64,000 nucleotides of DNA from contig JBBUDU010000002.1 in NCBI GenBank assembly GCA_038057125.1, positions 687-64,686 on the forward strand. The letters are read 5' to 3'. This DNA comes from Patescibacteria group bacterium (lineage in GTDB: Bacteria; Patescibacteriota; Minisyncoccia; Phycocordibacterales; UBA1550). Each line of letters begins with the position of its first letter. The stretch's first letter is position 1. Below are positions 21,430 to 30,395 of the stretch, in pieces. Below the pieces are notes generated by a model. That model made no database searches and had not been told where the DNA came from. It saw nothing but the letters and a program-made list of their open reading frames with translations. The translations under genes and the position numbers were made by a program.

Positions 21430-23600
21430 AAACCCTGCCTGCAACACTTCCAACAACTCCGCTTTCGGAAATATTTCGCCTGACACCCGTACAGAAAGTG
21501 GGGCTCGAGAAGCTGGGTATTAGGACAGCTGAAAACCTCCTGCGCTACTTCCCCACACGCTACACGAGCATTGCGGAAATAAAACACATTGCCAATATAG
21601 AAAAGGGTGATACTGCAACAATCTACGGGCGTGTTGTTTCATCAAAGACATCGAAAGGATTCCGGTCAAAAATTCCAATGACCGAAGCTGTCATAGAGGA
21701 TGCCACTGGGCACATCAAGTGTGTGTGGTTTCATCAGGCCTACATTGCAAAAATGCTTATCCCCGGCACGATGGCAAAACTTTCCGGGCATGTCGAGGAG
21801 CGCAAAGGGGTGCTCTATCTCGCAAATCCGGAACTCTCGCGCGCAAAAGAGCTTCCCATTGACGCAAGTGATTCGCTTTTTCGAGATAATGAGGATGAAA
21901 CTATTTTTTACCCAGTCTATCCGGAAACAAAGGGCGTCTCCTCACGATTTATTTATCACCATATTCAAAAACTGTTTAGTCGCGGTGTACTCGACAATAT
22001 TCCAGACCCCATTCCGGAAGATATCCTACTGCGCTACCACCTGCCCACACTTCGCACCTCACTCGTGTGGATTCACGCTCCACAAAAAGAGAGTGATGAG
22101 AAGGCGGCGCGAAAGCGTTTTGCATTTGAAGAAGTTTTTATGATTCAGCTAGCAAGAAAGCTAGAGCGCGCGCAAACTTTAGAACACGACGGATTTACGA
22201 TTAAACCGGAATCAAAAGCGCTAGCGCAGTTTACCGCGCGCTTCCCTTTTACACCAACCGCGTCGCAGACGCACGCGCTTGATGATATTTTTTCTGATTT
22301 TAAAAAAGGATTGCCCATGGCGCGATTGCTCGAAGGCGATGTCGGCTCCGGAAAAACGTTTGTCGCCGCGGTTGCCGCATATGCTGTCGTAACTACCGCG
22401 CCTCACGATAACAAATTTGGGAATCTCCAAGTTGCCTATATGGCTCCTACTGAAATTCTCGCAGAACAGCATTTCAAAAGTTTCATTGAATATTTCCGCA
22501 GTCTTCCAATTGAAATCGGACTTCTAACCGGAAGCGGCGCGAAAAAATTCCCATCCAAAACTGACCCCATAGGTCCGACCTCTGTATCGCGTGCGCAACT
22601 TTTAAAGTGGGTTGCTGAAGGAAAACTTCCCATCCTCATCGGTACACATTCGCTCATTCAAAGAAGCGTGGAGTTTAAAAATCTCGGTCTTGCTATTGTA
22701 GATGAACAACATCGTTTTGGGACCTCGCAAAGAAGTAAGCTAGCAAAAAAAGATACTATCCTTCCGCATTTTCTATCGATGACCGCAACTCCAATCCCCC
22801 GTACCCTTGCACTCACAATATACGGCAACCTCGACCTCACTCTTCTAGACGAAATGCCAGTCGGGCGTCTTCCAATCAAGACAGAACTCGTTACAAAAAG
22901 TAACCGCAAGAAAATGGAAGACCATATCCGTAGAGAAATCGCACGCGGTCGCCAAGCGTATATTATTTGTCCGCGTATTGACGAGCCTGACCCAGAGAAA
23001 GAGCTAGCACTCCAAGCAAAATCAGTTATTGCTGAGGCCAAGCGCATTGCGGAGGATGTTTTTCCAGAATTTAAAGTTGGCATACTCCACGGAAAAATGA
23101 AACCTGACGAAAAAGAATGGGTGATGGCGGAATTTAAAAAAGTGACAATTCATATTCTCGTTGCCACTTCAGTTATCGAAGTCGGCGTAAATGTTCCCAA
23201 CGCCACAATGATTGTAATCGAGGGTGCCGAACGATTTGGTCTCGCGCAACTCCACCAACTCCGCGGACGCGTCATTCGCAGTAATCACCAAGCGTACTGC
23301 TACATCCTTACCGACAGTACAAACGAAACATCATTGAAACGCCTCAAAGCCATAGTAACCGCAAAAAACGGATTTGACCTCGCCGAGCTCGACCTCACGC
23401 TTCGCGGTGCGGGAGAGCTTTCTGGCGGAAAACAGTGGGGAATCTCCGACCTCGGTATGGAGGCAATTAAAAATATAAAGATGGTCGAAGCGGCGCGCAC
23501 CGAAGCATCGCGAATAGTCGCGGAAGACCCCGAACTTGCGAAGTATCCAGTGCTCCGTGTGTATATCGAAAAAAACCACCGAAATACTCATTGGGAGTAA
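21426..23600 (+). CDS. recG: ATP-dependent DNA helicase RecG
   Basis: EGDVGSGKT, DEQHRFG, TATPIPRTL, QLHQLRGRV. Confidence 0.96.
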   Translation: MKTLPATLPTTPLSEIFRLTPVQKVGLEKLGIRTAENLLRYFPTRYTSIAEIKHIANIEKGDTATIYGRVVSSKTSKGFRSKIPMTEAVIEDATGHIKCVWFHQAYIAKMLIPGTMAKLSGHVEERKGVLYLANPELSRAKELPIDASDSLFRDNEDETIFYPVYPETKGVSSRFIYHHIQKLFSRGVLDNIPDPIPEDILLRYHLPTLRTSLVWIHAPQKESDEKAARKRFAFEEVFMIQLARKLERAQTLEHDGFTIKPESKALAQFTARFPFTPTASQTHALDDIFSDFKKGLPMARLLEGDVGSGKTFVAAVAAYAVVTTAPHDNKFGNLQVAYMAPTEILAEQHFKSFIEYFRSLPIEIGLLTGSGAKKFPSKTDPIGPTSVSRAQLLKWVAEGKLPILIGTHSLIQRSVEFKNLGLAIVDEQHRFGTSQRSKLAKKDTILPHFLSMTATPIPRTLALTIYGNLDLTLLDEMPVGRLPIKTELVTKSNRKKMEDHIRREIARGRQAYIICPRIDEPDPEKELALQAKSVIAEAKRIAEDVFPEFKVGILHGKMKPDEKEWVMAEFKKVTIHILVATSVIEVGVNVPNATMIVIEGAERFGLAQLHQLRGRVIRSNHQAYCYILTDSTNETSLKRLKAIVTAKNGFDLAELDLTLRGAGELSGGKQWGISDLGMEAIKNIKMVEAARTEASRIVAEDPELAKYPVLRVYIEKNHRNTHWE

Positions 23601-23705
23601 AACTTGCCCGAGTGCATAGTTTGCTATACTATTGAAAACACCTCCCACCCATAGCTCAGTCGGTGCTTTGCCCGTAGGTCATTTTGCTAAATGAACCACG
23701 GAGCT

Positions 23706-23772
23706 TATAATGACAAGCGAGGACTGTGTGGGAGAGTAATCTCTCACACGACATCCGAGTGCCGTCATTATA
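23706..23772 (+). repeat. 67-bp TATA-bounded hairpin element, family A copy 1
   Basis: TATAATGAC...GTCATTATA IR with internal CGAGGA/TCCGAGTG; same length and ends as 43150-43216 and 47726-47792. Confidence 0.85.
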
Positions 23773-23791
23773 TGGCATTAAAATTTTGTGT

Positions 23792-23865
23792 CCACCCATA
23801 GCTCAGTCGGTTAGAGCACGGAGCTTATATCTCCGCGGTCCTTGGTTCGAGTCCAAGTGGGTGGA
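23792..23865 (+). tRNA. tRNA-Ile(TAT)
   Basis: CCACCCA/TGGGTGG acceptor, GCTC/GAGC D-stem, CGGAG-CTTATAT-CTCCG, CTTGG-TTCGAGT-CCAAG; CCA not encoded. Confidence 0.92.
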
Positions 23866-23931
23866 CACAGAATTTTAATACCATATATCTCCGACGGTCG
23901 AGGGTATCGAGTCCAAGTGGGTGGACCAAGA

Positions 23932-24825
23932 ATGGACAACGCAACATCCAACAAAATAAATATTTTACTCGCATTGGTCGCTCTTGGGGCTATTGGCTAT
24001 TTAAGCTACCAAAATTACCAACTTACGAAAGCAAAAATTGTGCTTGAGATTGAGCTCGCAAATACAAAACAGGAATTTGCGTCAACTACTGAAAAATTGA
24101 GCGGAGATATTGAAGCATTTAGAAACCTCCTCATCACAACTCAGGGCGAAAAGGTAACCGCAGAGCAAAATGTTCGAAATCAACAAGAAGCCCTAGATGG
24201 AATGTCTAACACGCTTGGACTGTACCAAAAACTAGTTACCACGGATCGTGAACTTTTGGCAAAGTACTCAAAAGTCTTCTTTCTAAGCGAAAACTATACA
24301 CCCAAATTATCTGTTTCCATCCCCACCACTTACACAATTGAAAAAGAAAAAGAGAAGATGATTTCGGCTGACGTGTGGCCGTTCCTTAAAAAAATGATTG
24401 ATGATGCGGCGGCAACGAGCACAGATTTAAAAATTATTTCAGCCTTCCGCTCGTTTGATACACAGAGCACATTAAAATCCGCCTACAAGGTTACTTTCGG
24501 CTCTGGTTCAAATAAATTTTCCGCAGACCAGGGTTATTCTGAACACCAGCTCGGCACCACCGTAGACTTTACCACAACAAAACTTGGTACCAATAATTCC
24601 ACATTTGGAAAAACTGTGGGTTACACTTGGCTTACAGAAAATGCTTACAAATATGGATTCATTCTTTCGTACCCACAAAAAAATACCTACTACATTTTTG
24701 AACCATGGCACTGGAGATTTGTTGGCAAAGCTCTCGCATTGAGGCTTCACGATGAAAAGAAAAACTTCTATGATCTTTCCCAGCGTGATATCAACGAATA
24801 CCTACTTACTCTTTTTAACCAATAG
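23932..24825 (+). CDS. M15B/VanY-type D,D-carboxypeptidase with TM and coiled coil
   Basis: ISAFRS, SEHQLGTTVD, EPWHWRFVG. Confidence 0.92.
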   Translation: MDNATSNKINILLALVALGAIGYLSYQNYQLTKAKIVLEIELANTKQEFASTTEKLSGDIEAFRNLLITTQGEKVTAEQNVRNQQEALDGMSNTLGLYQKLVTTDRELLAKYSKVFFLSENYTPKLSVSIPTTYTIEKEKEKMISADVWPFLKKMIDDAAATSTDLKIISAFRSFDTQSTLKSAYKVTFGSGSNKFSADQGYSEHQLGTTVDFTTTKLGTNNSTFGKTVGYTWLTENAYKYGFILSYPQKNTYYIFEPWHWRFVGKALALRLHDEKKNFYDLSQRDINEYLLTLFNQ

Positions 24826-24831
24826 ATATTC

Positions 24832-25230
24832 CTATAGAAAGAAGCGCGTCAAAATCATCGCAAGCACAATAATCCCCGAAAGCGAGCACCAGAAGCACCA
24901 CGCGCGAATAATGCGCCACTGAATGTAGAAAAAGTAACACGCCATAACGGCACCTCCAAAAAGAATCAAGTATTCACCCAGCACTACTGTCGAAGAAGTA
25001 TCTCCGGAAAAAAGCATCCATTCGACGACCGCAAGTGTGGCATAAAAAATGATACCGAGAATTTCATTGGAAATACCGAATGTTTTACTATATGGACTTT
25101 TCCACACAGTACTGCATCCATCCCCTATCAAGCATACAGGTGTGCGATGCTTCCTAGCCTCATAATTAAGATAGAGTGATTCGGCGATTCCAAAGAGTGA
25201 CAAAATAAAAATAACAAGATGACTGTCCAT
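24832..25230 (-). CDS. Vitamin K epoxide reductase (VKOR) family protein
   Basis: C..GDGCSTVWKSPYS and C-terminal CFWC in a 4-TM protein. Confidence 0.9.
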   Translation of the reverse strand: MDSHLVIFILSLFGIAESLYLNYEARKHRTPVCLIGDGCSTVWKSPYSKTFGISNEILGIIFYATLAVVEWMLFSGDTSSTVVLGEYLILFGGAVMACYFFYIQWRIIRAWCFWCSLSGIIVLAMILTRFFL

Positions 25231-25238
25231 GGTTGTAA

Positions 25239-27191
25239 TTATATAATTGCTTCTTCTTTTTTCTTCTTCGGCATGATTCCGTTTGCGACAAGAATCTTTT
25301 CAAATTCCTCACGCTCAATAGACTCTTGAACCACAAGTTCATTTGCGATTGCATCAAGCGCTCCACGGTGCTCCGTCATCACCAACCGCGCACGGGCAAA
25401 TCCATCATTCATAATTTTAGAAACTTCAGAATCAATCTTCGCGGAAACTTCTTCCGAGTAGTCGCGACTGTTTACGCCTCGGCCCCCAAAGAGAGCACGC
25501 CCACCAGATCCTTCGAGAGCTACGGGGCCTAGTTTTTCTGACATACCATATTTGGTAACCATATCCCGCGCAAGTGCAGTAGCTACCTGCAGGTCATTTG
25601 ATGGCCCTGTGGTAATGTCTCCAAAAACCATTTCCTCGGCAACATACCCGCCAAGCGACATAGCAATATCGTCCAAAAAATCTTTCCTTGAACGCAAGCG
25701 TGTCTCCTCTAGTGGAAGCTTTAGTGTGTACCCGCCAGCATTTCCACGCGCAATAATTGAAATCTTGTGCACGGGATCTGCGTTCGGAAGCACTGACGCA
25801 ACGAGCGCGTGCCCGGCTTCATGATATGCTGTAATTTTCTTTTCTTCTTTCGACAGGATGTGGCTTCTGCGTTCAGGTCCGAGCATCACTTTTTCAATGG
25901 AACGAATGAGGTCGTATTGCGCAACAGTTTTTCTGTCTTCCCGTGCGGCTAAAATCGCGCCTTCATTCATGAGTGACGCCAAATCAGCTCCGGAAAATCC
26001 CGGTGTGCGCTCTGCCACCACTTTCAAATTAACATCCTCCGCGAGAGGCTTTTTCCGCGCGTGAATATTCAAAATCTCCTCGCGACCTTCGCGGTCTGGT
26101 AGGTCAAGGGTTACGCGACGGTCGAAACGGCCCGGACGGAGTAGCGCTGGGTCTAGCACATCGGGCCTGTTCGTAGCCGCCATCACAATCACCTTTTCCG
26201 ATGGTTCAAAGCCGTCCATCTCGACAAGTATCTGATTGAGTGTTTGCTCACGTTCATCGTTTCCACCGCCCACGCCGGCGCCACGCACACGCCCGACCGC
26301 GTCTATCTCATCTACGAAAATAATTGCCGGCGCAGCCTTCTTTGCCATTTTGAAAAGGTCACGCACACGCGATGCGCCGACACCGACAAACATTTCTACA
26401 AATTCAGAACCAGAGAGATGAAAGAACGGCACTCCTGCCTCGCCTGCAACCGCGCGCGCAAGCAAAGTTTTTCCTGTACCCGGCGCACCCATGAGAAGCA
26501 CACCTTTGGGAATCCGCGCACCGATGTCCAAAAACTTTTTAGGGTTGCGCAAAAAATCCACAATTTCCACAAGTTCTTCTTTTGCCTCTTTTGCGCCAGC
26601 AACATCTTTGAATGTGACTTTTTGACTTTGATCGTTCGGGTCGATGATGCGCGCTTTTGATTGGCCGAAAGAAAACGCTTGCATCCCCGCCCCTTTCACC
26701 TGCCGTGAAAGCATCCAGAACACAAGACCAATAAGAATGATTGGCAAAAGAAACGGCAACGAATTTAACAAATAGTAGCCGAAGCCACTTTCATTTTTTA
26801 CCTCCACCTCAACCTTTGCAAGTTTTTCGGCCGACACGCCGTAGTTCACCAGTGTCTGAGAAAGTGACGACTCTATTTCTTTTTTGGATTTCTTTTTAGT
26901 CCCATCGGCATACTCGGCGTTAATCATCCCTCCTTCAACGGTAATCTTTTTTACCGCACCGCTTGAAATATCCTGCGCAATTTTTGAAACTGAAACCTCT
27001 TCAACTTTATTTTTGTTTCCGACAACGGCTGAGTAGAGCGTTGAAATAATAAGGAACACGAGGACTGCAGTAAGAAGATTAGAGAAAAATTGCCCGCCCG
27101 TCGGCATAGACGGAAGCCCGGGGATTTTCCCTTTATTTTCGCTCTTCTTCCCTTTTTCTTTATTCCCCTTCTTGTTCTTCAAAATTTCCAT
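25239..27191 (-). CDS. ftsH: ATP-dependent zinc metalloprotease FtsH
   Basis: Two TMs, [23 protein letters not shown]. Confidence 0.97.
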   Translation of the reverse strand: MEILKNKKGNKEKGKKSENKGKIPGLPSMPTGGQFFSNLLTAVLVFLIISTLYSAVVGNKNKVEEVSVSKIAQDISSGAVKKITVEGGMINAEYADGTKKKSKKEIESSLSQTLVNYGVSAEKLAKVEVEVKNESGFGYYLLNSLPFLLPIILIGLVFWMLSRQVKGAGMQAFSFGQSKARIIDPNDQSQKVTFKDVAGAKEAKEELVEIVDFLRNPKKFLDIGARIPKGVLLMGAPGTGKTLLARAVAGEAGVPFFHLSGSEFVEMFVGVGASRVRDLFKMAKKAAPAIIFVDEIDAVGRVRGAGVGGGNDEREQTLNQILVEMDGFEPSEKVIVMAATNRPDVLDPALLRPGRFDRRVTLDLPDREGREEILNIHARKKPLAEDVNLKVVAERTPGFSGADLASLMNEGAILAAREDRKTVAQYDLIRSIEKVMLGPERRSHILSKEEKKITAYHEAGHALVASVLPNADPVHKISIIARGNAGGYTLKLPLEETRLRSRKDFLDDIAMSLGGYVAEEMVFGDITTGPSNDLQVATALARDMVTKYGMSEKLGPVALEGSGGRALFGGRGVNSRDYSEEVSAKIDSEVSKIMNDGFARARLVMTEHRGALDAIANELVVQESIEREEFEKILVANGIMPKKKKEEAII

Positions 27192-27239
27192 AGTAGAAAC
27201 AGTATACACAAATCACCGCCAGACTGCTAGAATAACAAA

Positions 27240-27686
27240 GTGACGTTGATTCAAAATAAAAAAGTACACTTCAATTACGAAATACTCGAGCGATATGAGG
27301 CGGGTATCGAGCTTTTGGGTACCGAGGTAAAAGCGGTTCGTGCTGGACGAGGCTCGCTTGAAGGCGCGCATGTGACTGTCCGTGGTGGCGAGGCATACCT
27401 AGTTGGAGCAACTATCCAGCCTTACCAGACCGGCAATACGCCAAAGGACTACGATGCGATGCGCAATCGCCGGCTCCTTTTGACAAAAAAAGAGCTTGCG
27501 GAGCTTGCCGAAAAGGAGTCTAAAAGGGGCTTGACAATAGTGCCTATTGGGGTGTATAATAAAGGTCACAAACTCAAGGTGGAAATTGCGGTAGTGCGTG
27601 GTAAAAAAACGCACGACAAGCGAGAAACGATTAAGAAGCGTGAAGCCGATAGAGATGTGATGCGAGAAATTAAGGGCACCCGCTAA
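27240..27686 (+). CDS. smpB: SsrA-binding protein
   Basis: YEAGIELLGTEVK, RRLLL, GKKTHDKRETIK; followed by tmRNA. Confidence 0.97.
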   Translation: MTLIQNKKVHFNYEILERYEAGIELLGTEVKAVRAGRGSLEGAHVTVRGGEAYLVGATIQPYQTGNTPKDYDAMRNRRLLLTKKELAELAEKESKRGLTIVPIGVYNKGHKLKVEIAVVRGKKTHDKRETIKKREADRDVMREIKGTR

Positions 27687-27757
27687 AATTTTTCCGATAA
27701 AAACTTAGGCGGGCAAGCAAGATAGAACATTGATAATTTAGTTACGCATTTAAATAC

Positions 27758-28176
27758 GGGGATGATTGGCCTAGACAGGCGGTTACCTTTGGTTGGTGCT
27801 GTGCCGAGAATGCTCGAGATCTCGTTAAACCTCGAGTACACAAGTATGTGCTAAAAACACTCTTGCAAAAGTGAAGGCAACAGTTTCTCCGTATTTTACG
27901 GCGAACGCCTTCACTCCTGTTTACGCTTTAGCCTAAGCAGCATTCGCGCTTCGTACGCCCTCTAGAGAAGTCGCGGGTGATATAAAAAGAGGGCTCATCG
28001 CTTTGAATGACTCTACAAAGTGAAAAAACATAGAGTATCGGTAATGTATGATTTAGGATATTTTATACACACATTACTTAAATTAAGGCCTCGGTCTTAA
28101 AATAAGTATCCTACGCACAGTAGATTCCTACTAAAACATCGTCTGCACGGGGGTTCGATTCCCCCCATCTCCACAA
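27758..28176 (+). ncRNA. ssrA: tmRNA
   Basis: GGGGATG/CATCTCC acceptor with G3-U70, GGTTCGATTCC T-arm, internal tag ORF 27850-27936 ending YALA; adjacent to smpB. Confidence 0.92.
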
Positions 28177-28811
28177 ATACACAAAATACCTGAAGCAACT
28201 GCTTCAGGTATTTTGTGTATTTGTGGAGATGAGCAAGGTGTCTGCACACCTTGCGTGGGGGAATCGAAAAGCGCAGCCATATTTTGTCACCAGACAAAAT
28301 GGCGAGCTGGGGCTGCGAGTTCATTGAGCGACGGCGAAATGAAACTTGTAGCCGATGAACCCAATCCACAATTGCACCCCCGAAGGCGTCTTGCCTTCGG
28401 GGGTTTTGCAATTGTGTGAGATGTGGGGAATCGAAAGACGGAGACATCCCGAGGCTTTTGCGAGGGAGTCGACGAATCAGCAGATTTGTGTCTTGGACTC
28501 GGGGGTAGCGAACACTTTGTATTTTGTGAGTACCCGAAACAAAATACTTAGTGATTCGTGACCGATGAACCCTGCGCGCCTTGCGTGGGGGAATCGAAGA
28601 CTCGGAGCATATTTTTGTTTGCCGCCTGCAAACAAAAATGCGAGAGGCAGCCAAAGAACGCGAGATGTTTTATGAGTCCGTAAGGACGAAAGAAAACTCC
28701 GCGATTCTGAGGCGATGAACCCGGGGTCGTAAATTTCACACAACAAAGTTGTGTGAAATCTTACAACATGATTTTTGAAGTGCAAAAATCAGAATCGAAG
28801 TCTCGGAGCAT
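28166..28811 (+). repeat. Fold-back of the tmRNA 3' end followed by an array of family E units
   Basis: 32-bp IR 28166-28231; units GGAATCGAA...CGATGAACCC at 28260-28362, 28427-28572 and 28590-28722; partial unit 28792-28811. Confidence 0.85.
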
Positions 28812-28912
28812 GTGTTGACTTTCCATACTTGGGAACCTATCATTAAGTGTAAGCCTGGTGCAGGTTGCCACAAGAATCGACTCGAATTTAATTTTTTAAT
28901 CATAATATACAC

Positions 28913-30259
28913 ATGAAATATCTACATATAAAACGTAATAAGTATACTCTCGGTGTTCTCATTCTATCAGTATTTTTGGGGACATATTTTACCGCCCTTG
29001 CTGTTTCGCATCCCGTCTCTAATCCCCTCTCAATAAACCCAACCAGTGCGAAAGTAAAAGTCGGAGGAATGGTCAGGCTACAGGCAAATTATCAGCCAGT
29101 GACACCATGTCCAGATGGTAAAGCTTGCATTATGCTAGCGCTGGCTCCTTACCAAGTTGCGGCAAAATGGACTTCGAACAGTAAAGTAGCTACGGTAGAA
29201 TACGGAGTGGTAACAGGTATTTCCGCAGGCGACGCCACGATTACCGCAACCTACACTGATTCTTCTGGAGTCGTATCTACGGCGAGTGCACTAGTGAGAG
29301 TGCTGGATGACACCACATCTGTCTCCAATGTTCTCTTCATCAACCCAACCAGCGCAATAGTGAAAGTCGGAGGGTCAGCTACGCTCCAGGCGAGCTACCA
29401 GCCATCTATGCCTCCCTGCCCCGTCGGCAATAGTTGCATTATGATAGCGCCAGCTCCTTATTTGGTTCAAGCAAAATGGACTTCGAACAGTAAAGTAGCT
29501 ACGATAACAAGTAGTGGAGTGGTAACTGGTGTTTCCGCAGGCACCGCCACGATTACGGCAACTTTCACAGAGTTTGGGGTTTCCTCAAGCGTTGTTCATA
29601 TGGCGACTGCAACAGTAACGGTAGTCGGCACAACAAACACAGGCAGTGGGCCTCTTTCCATCAACCCAGCCAATGCGAGGGTTAAAATCGGAGGATCAAC
29701 AACACTTCGGGCGAGCTATCAGCCAGTGACATCATGTCCAGATGGTAAAGCTTGCATTATGCTAGCGCCAGCTCCTTATACAGTTCAGGCAACATGGACT
29801 TCAAGTAACTCCAAAGTGGCTTCTGTAACATACAAAAGCAACTGCCCTACTGGTGCACTATGCGCTAGGTTTGCGGATCCAACAAACTATCTAACTGCCG
29901 TAGTAACCGGTGTTTCTGCCGGCACCGCCACGATTACCGCAACCTATACGGATTCTTCCGGTGTTGTGTCTACGGCGAGTGCGCTGATAAGTGTTGAGCA
30001 GATGTTTGGTATTAACCCCCCACCATTCCAACCTTCGGTCAGAACCTTTGTTTATAATTTACGTGTCGGGTCACGAAGTGATGACGTGATGGAACTGCAA
30101 CAGAAACTGCAAAGTCTTGGTTACTTTTCTCAATCCGAACAACCAACAGGATACTTTGGGCGTATAACCAGAGCAGCAGTGATTAAATTCCAAGAAGAAA
30201 ATGGGATACCAGCTACCGGTTTTGTGGGTCCGTTAACGAGAGAAGAATTGAATAAGTAA
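28913..30259 (+). CDS. Secreted protein with three Ig-like (Big_2-type) repeats and a C-terminal peptidoglycan-binding domain
   Basis: Three LSINP...WTS...VTGVSAGTATITAT repeats; LRVGSRSDDVMELQQKL..TGYFGRITRAAVIKFQ. Confidence 0.88.
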   Translation: MKYLHIKRNKYTLGVLILSVFLGTYFTALAVSHPVSNPLSINPTSAKVKVGGMVRLQANYQPVTPCPDGKACIMLALAPYQVAAKWTSNSKVATVEYGVVTGISAGDATITATYTDSSGVVSTASALVRVLDDTTSVSNVLFINPTSAIVKVGGSATLQASYQPSMPPCPVGNSCIMIAPAPYLVQAKWTSNSKVATITSSGVVTGVSAGTATITATFTEFGVSSSVVHMATATVTVVGTTNTGSGPLSINPANARVKIGGSTTLRASYQPVTSCPDGKACIMLAPAPYTVQATWTSSNSKVASVTYKSNCPTGALCARFADPTNYLTAVVTGVSAGTATITATYTDSSGVVSTASALISVEQMFGINPPPFQPSVRTFVYNLRVGSRSDDVMELQQKLQSLGYFSQSEQPTGYFGRITRAAVIKFQEENGIPATGFVGPLTREELNK

Positions 30260-30289
30260 TCTCGGTAAATACCTTAAGAACAAATAGTA

Positions 30290-30355
30290 AAACGAAAAAG
30301 ACTAAAAAACCCCGCCTGTCAGCTGACAGGCGGGGTTTTTTAGTCTTTTTCGTTT
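30290..30355. terminator. 66-bp perfect palindrome
   Basis: AAACGAAAAAGACTAAAAAACCCCGCCTGTCAG followed by its exact reverse complement. Confidence 0.75.
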
Positions 30356-30395
30356 CAAGTAATATGGGGTATACTATTAAGGAATCGCAATATCT

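Larger units (their letters stand above)
23645..23928 (+). pseudogene. Split, degenerate outer tRNA-Ile(TAT) copy surrounding an intact copy
   Basis: 5' half 23645-23709 (D-arm disrupted); 3' half 23884-23928 (T-arm mutated, ends in ACCA). Confidence 0.8.

Noticed and set aside
23706-23887. Group I or BHB intron in the tRNA anticodon loop
   Set aside because: No group I core is recognisable, the outer exons are degenerate, and the insert holds a dispersed repeat plus a full tRNA.
28669-28691. Hammerhead-ribozyme-like string TTTATGAGTCCGTAAGGACGAAA
   Set aside because: The essential CUGA core reads UUUA and no stem I/III with an NUH site is evident; it matches the TGAG-hairpin-CGAA module of the other family E units.
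28260-28811. CRISPR array behind tmRNA
   Set aside because: Conserved parts are only 9-10 nt, unit lengths vary from 103 to 146 nt, interiors are structured and related to each other, and no cas operon is present.
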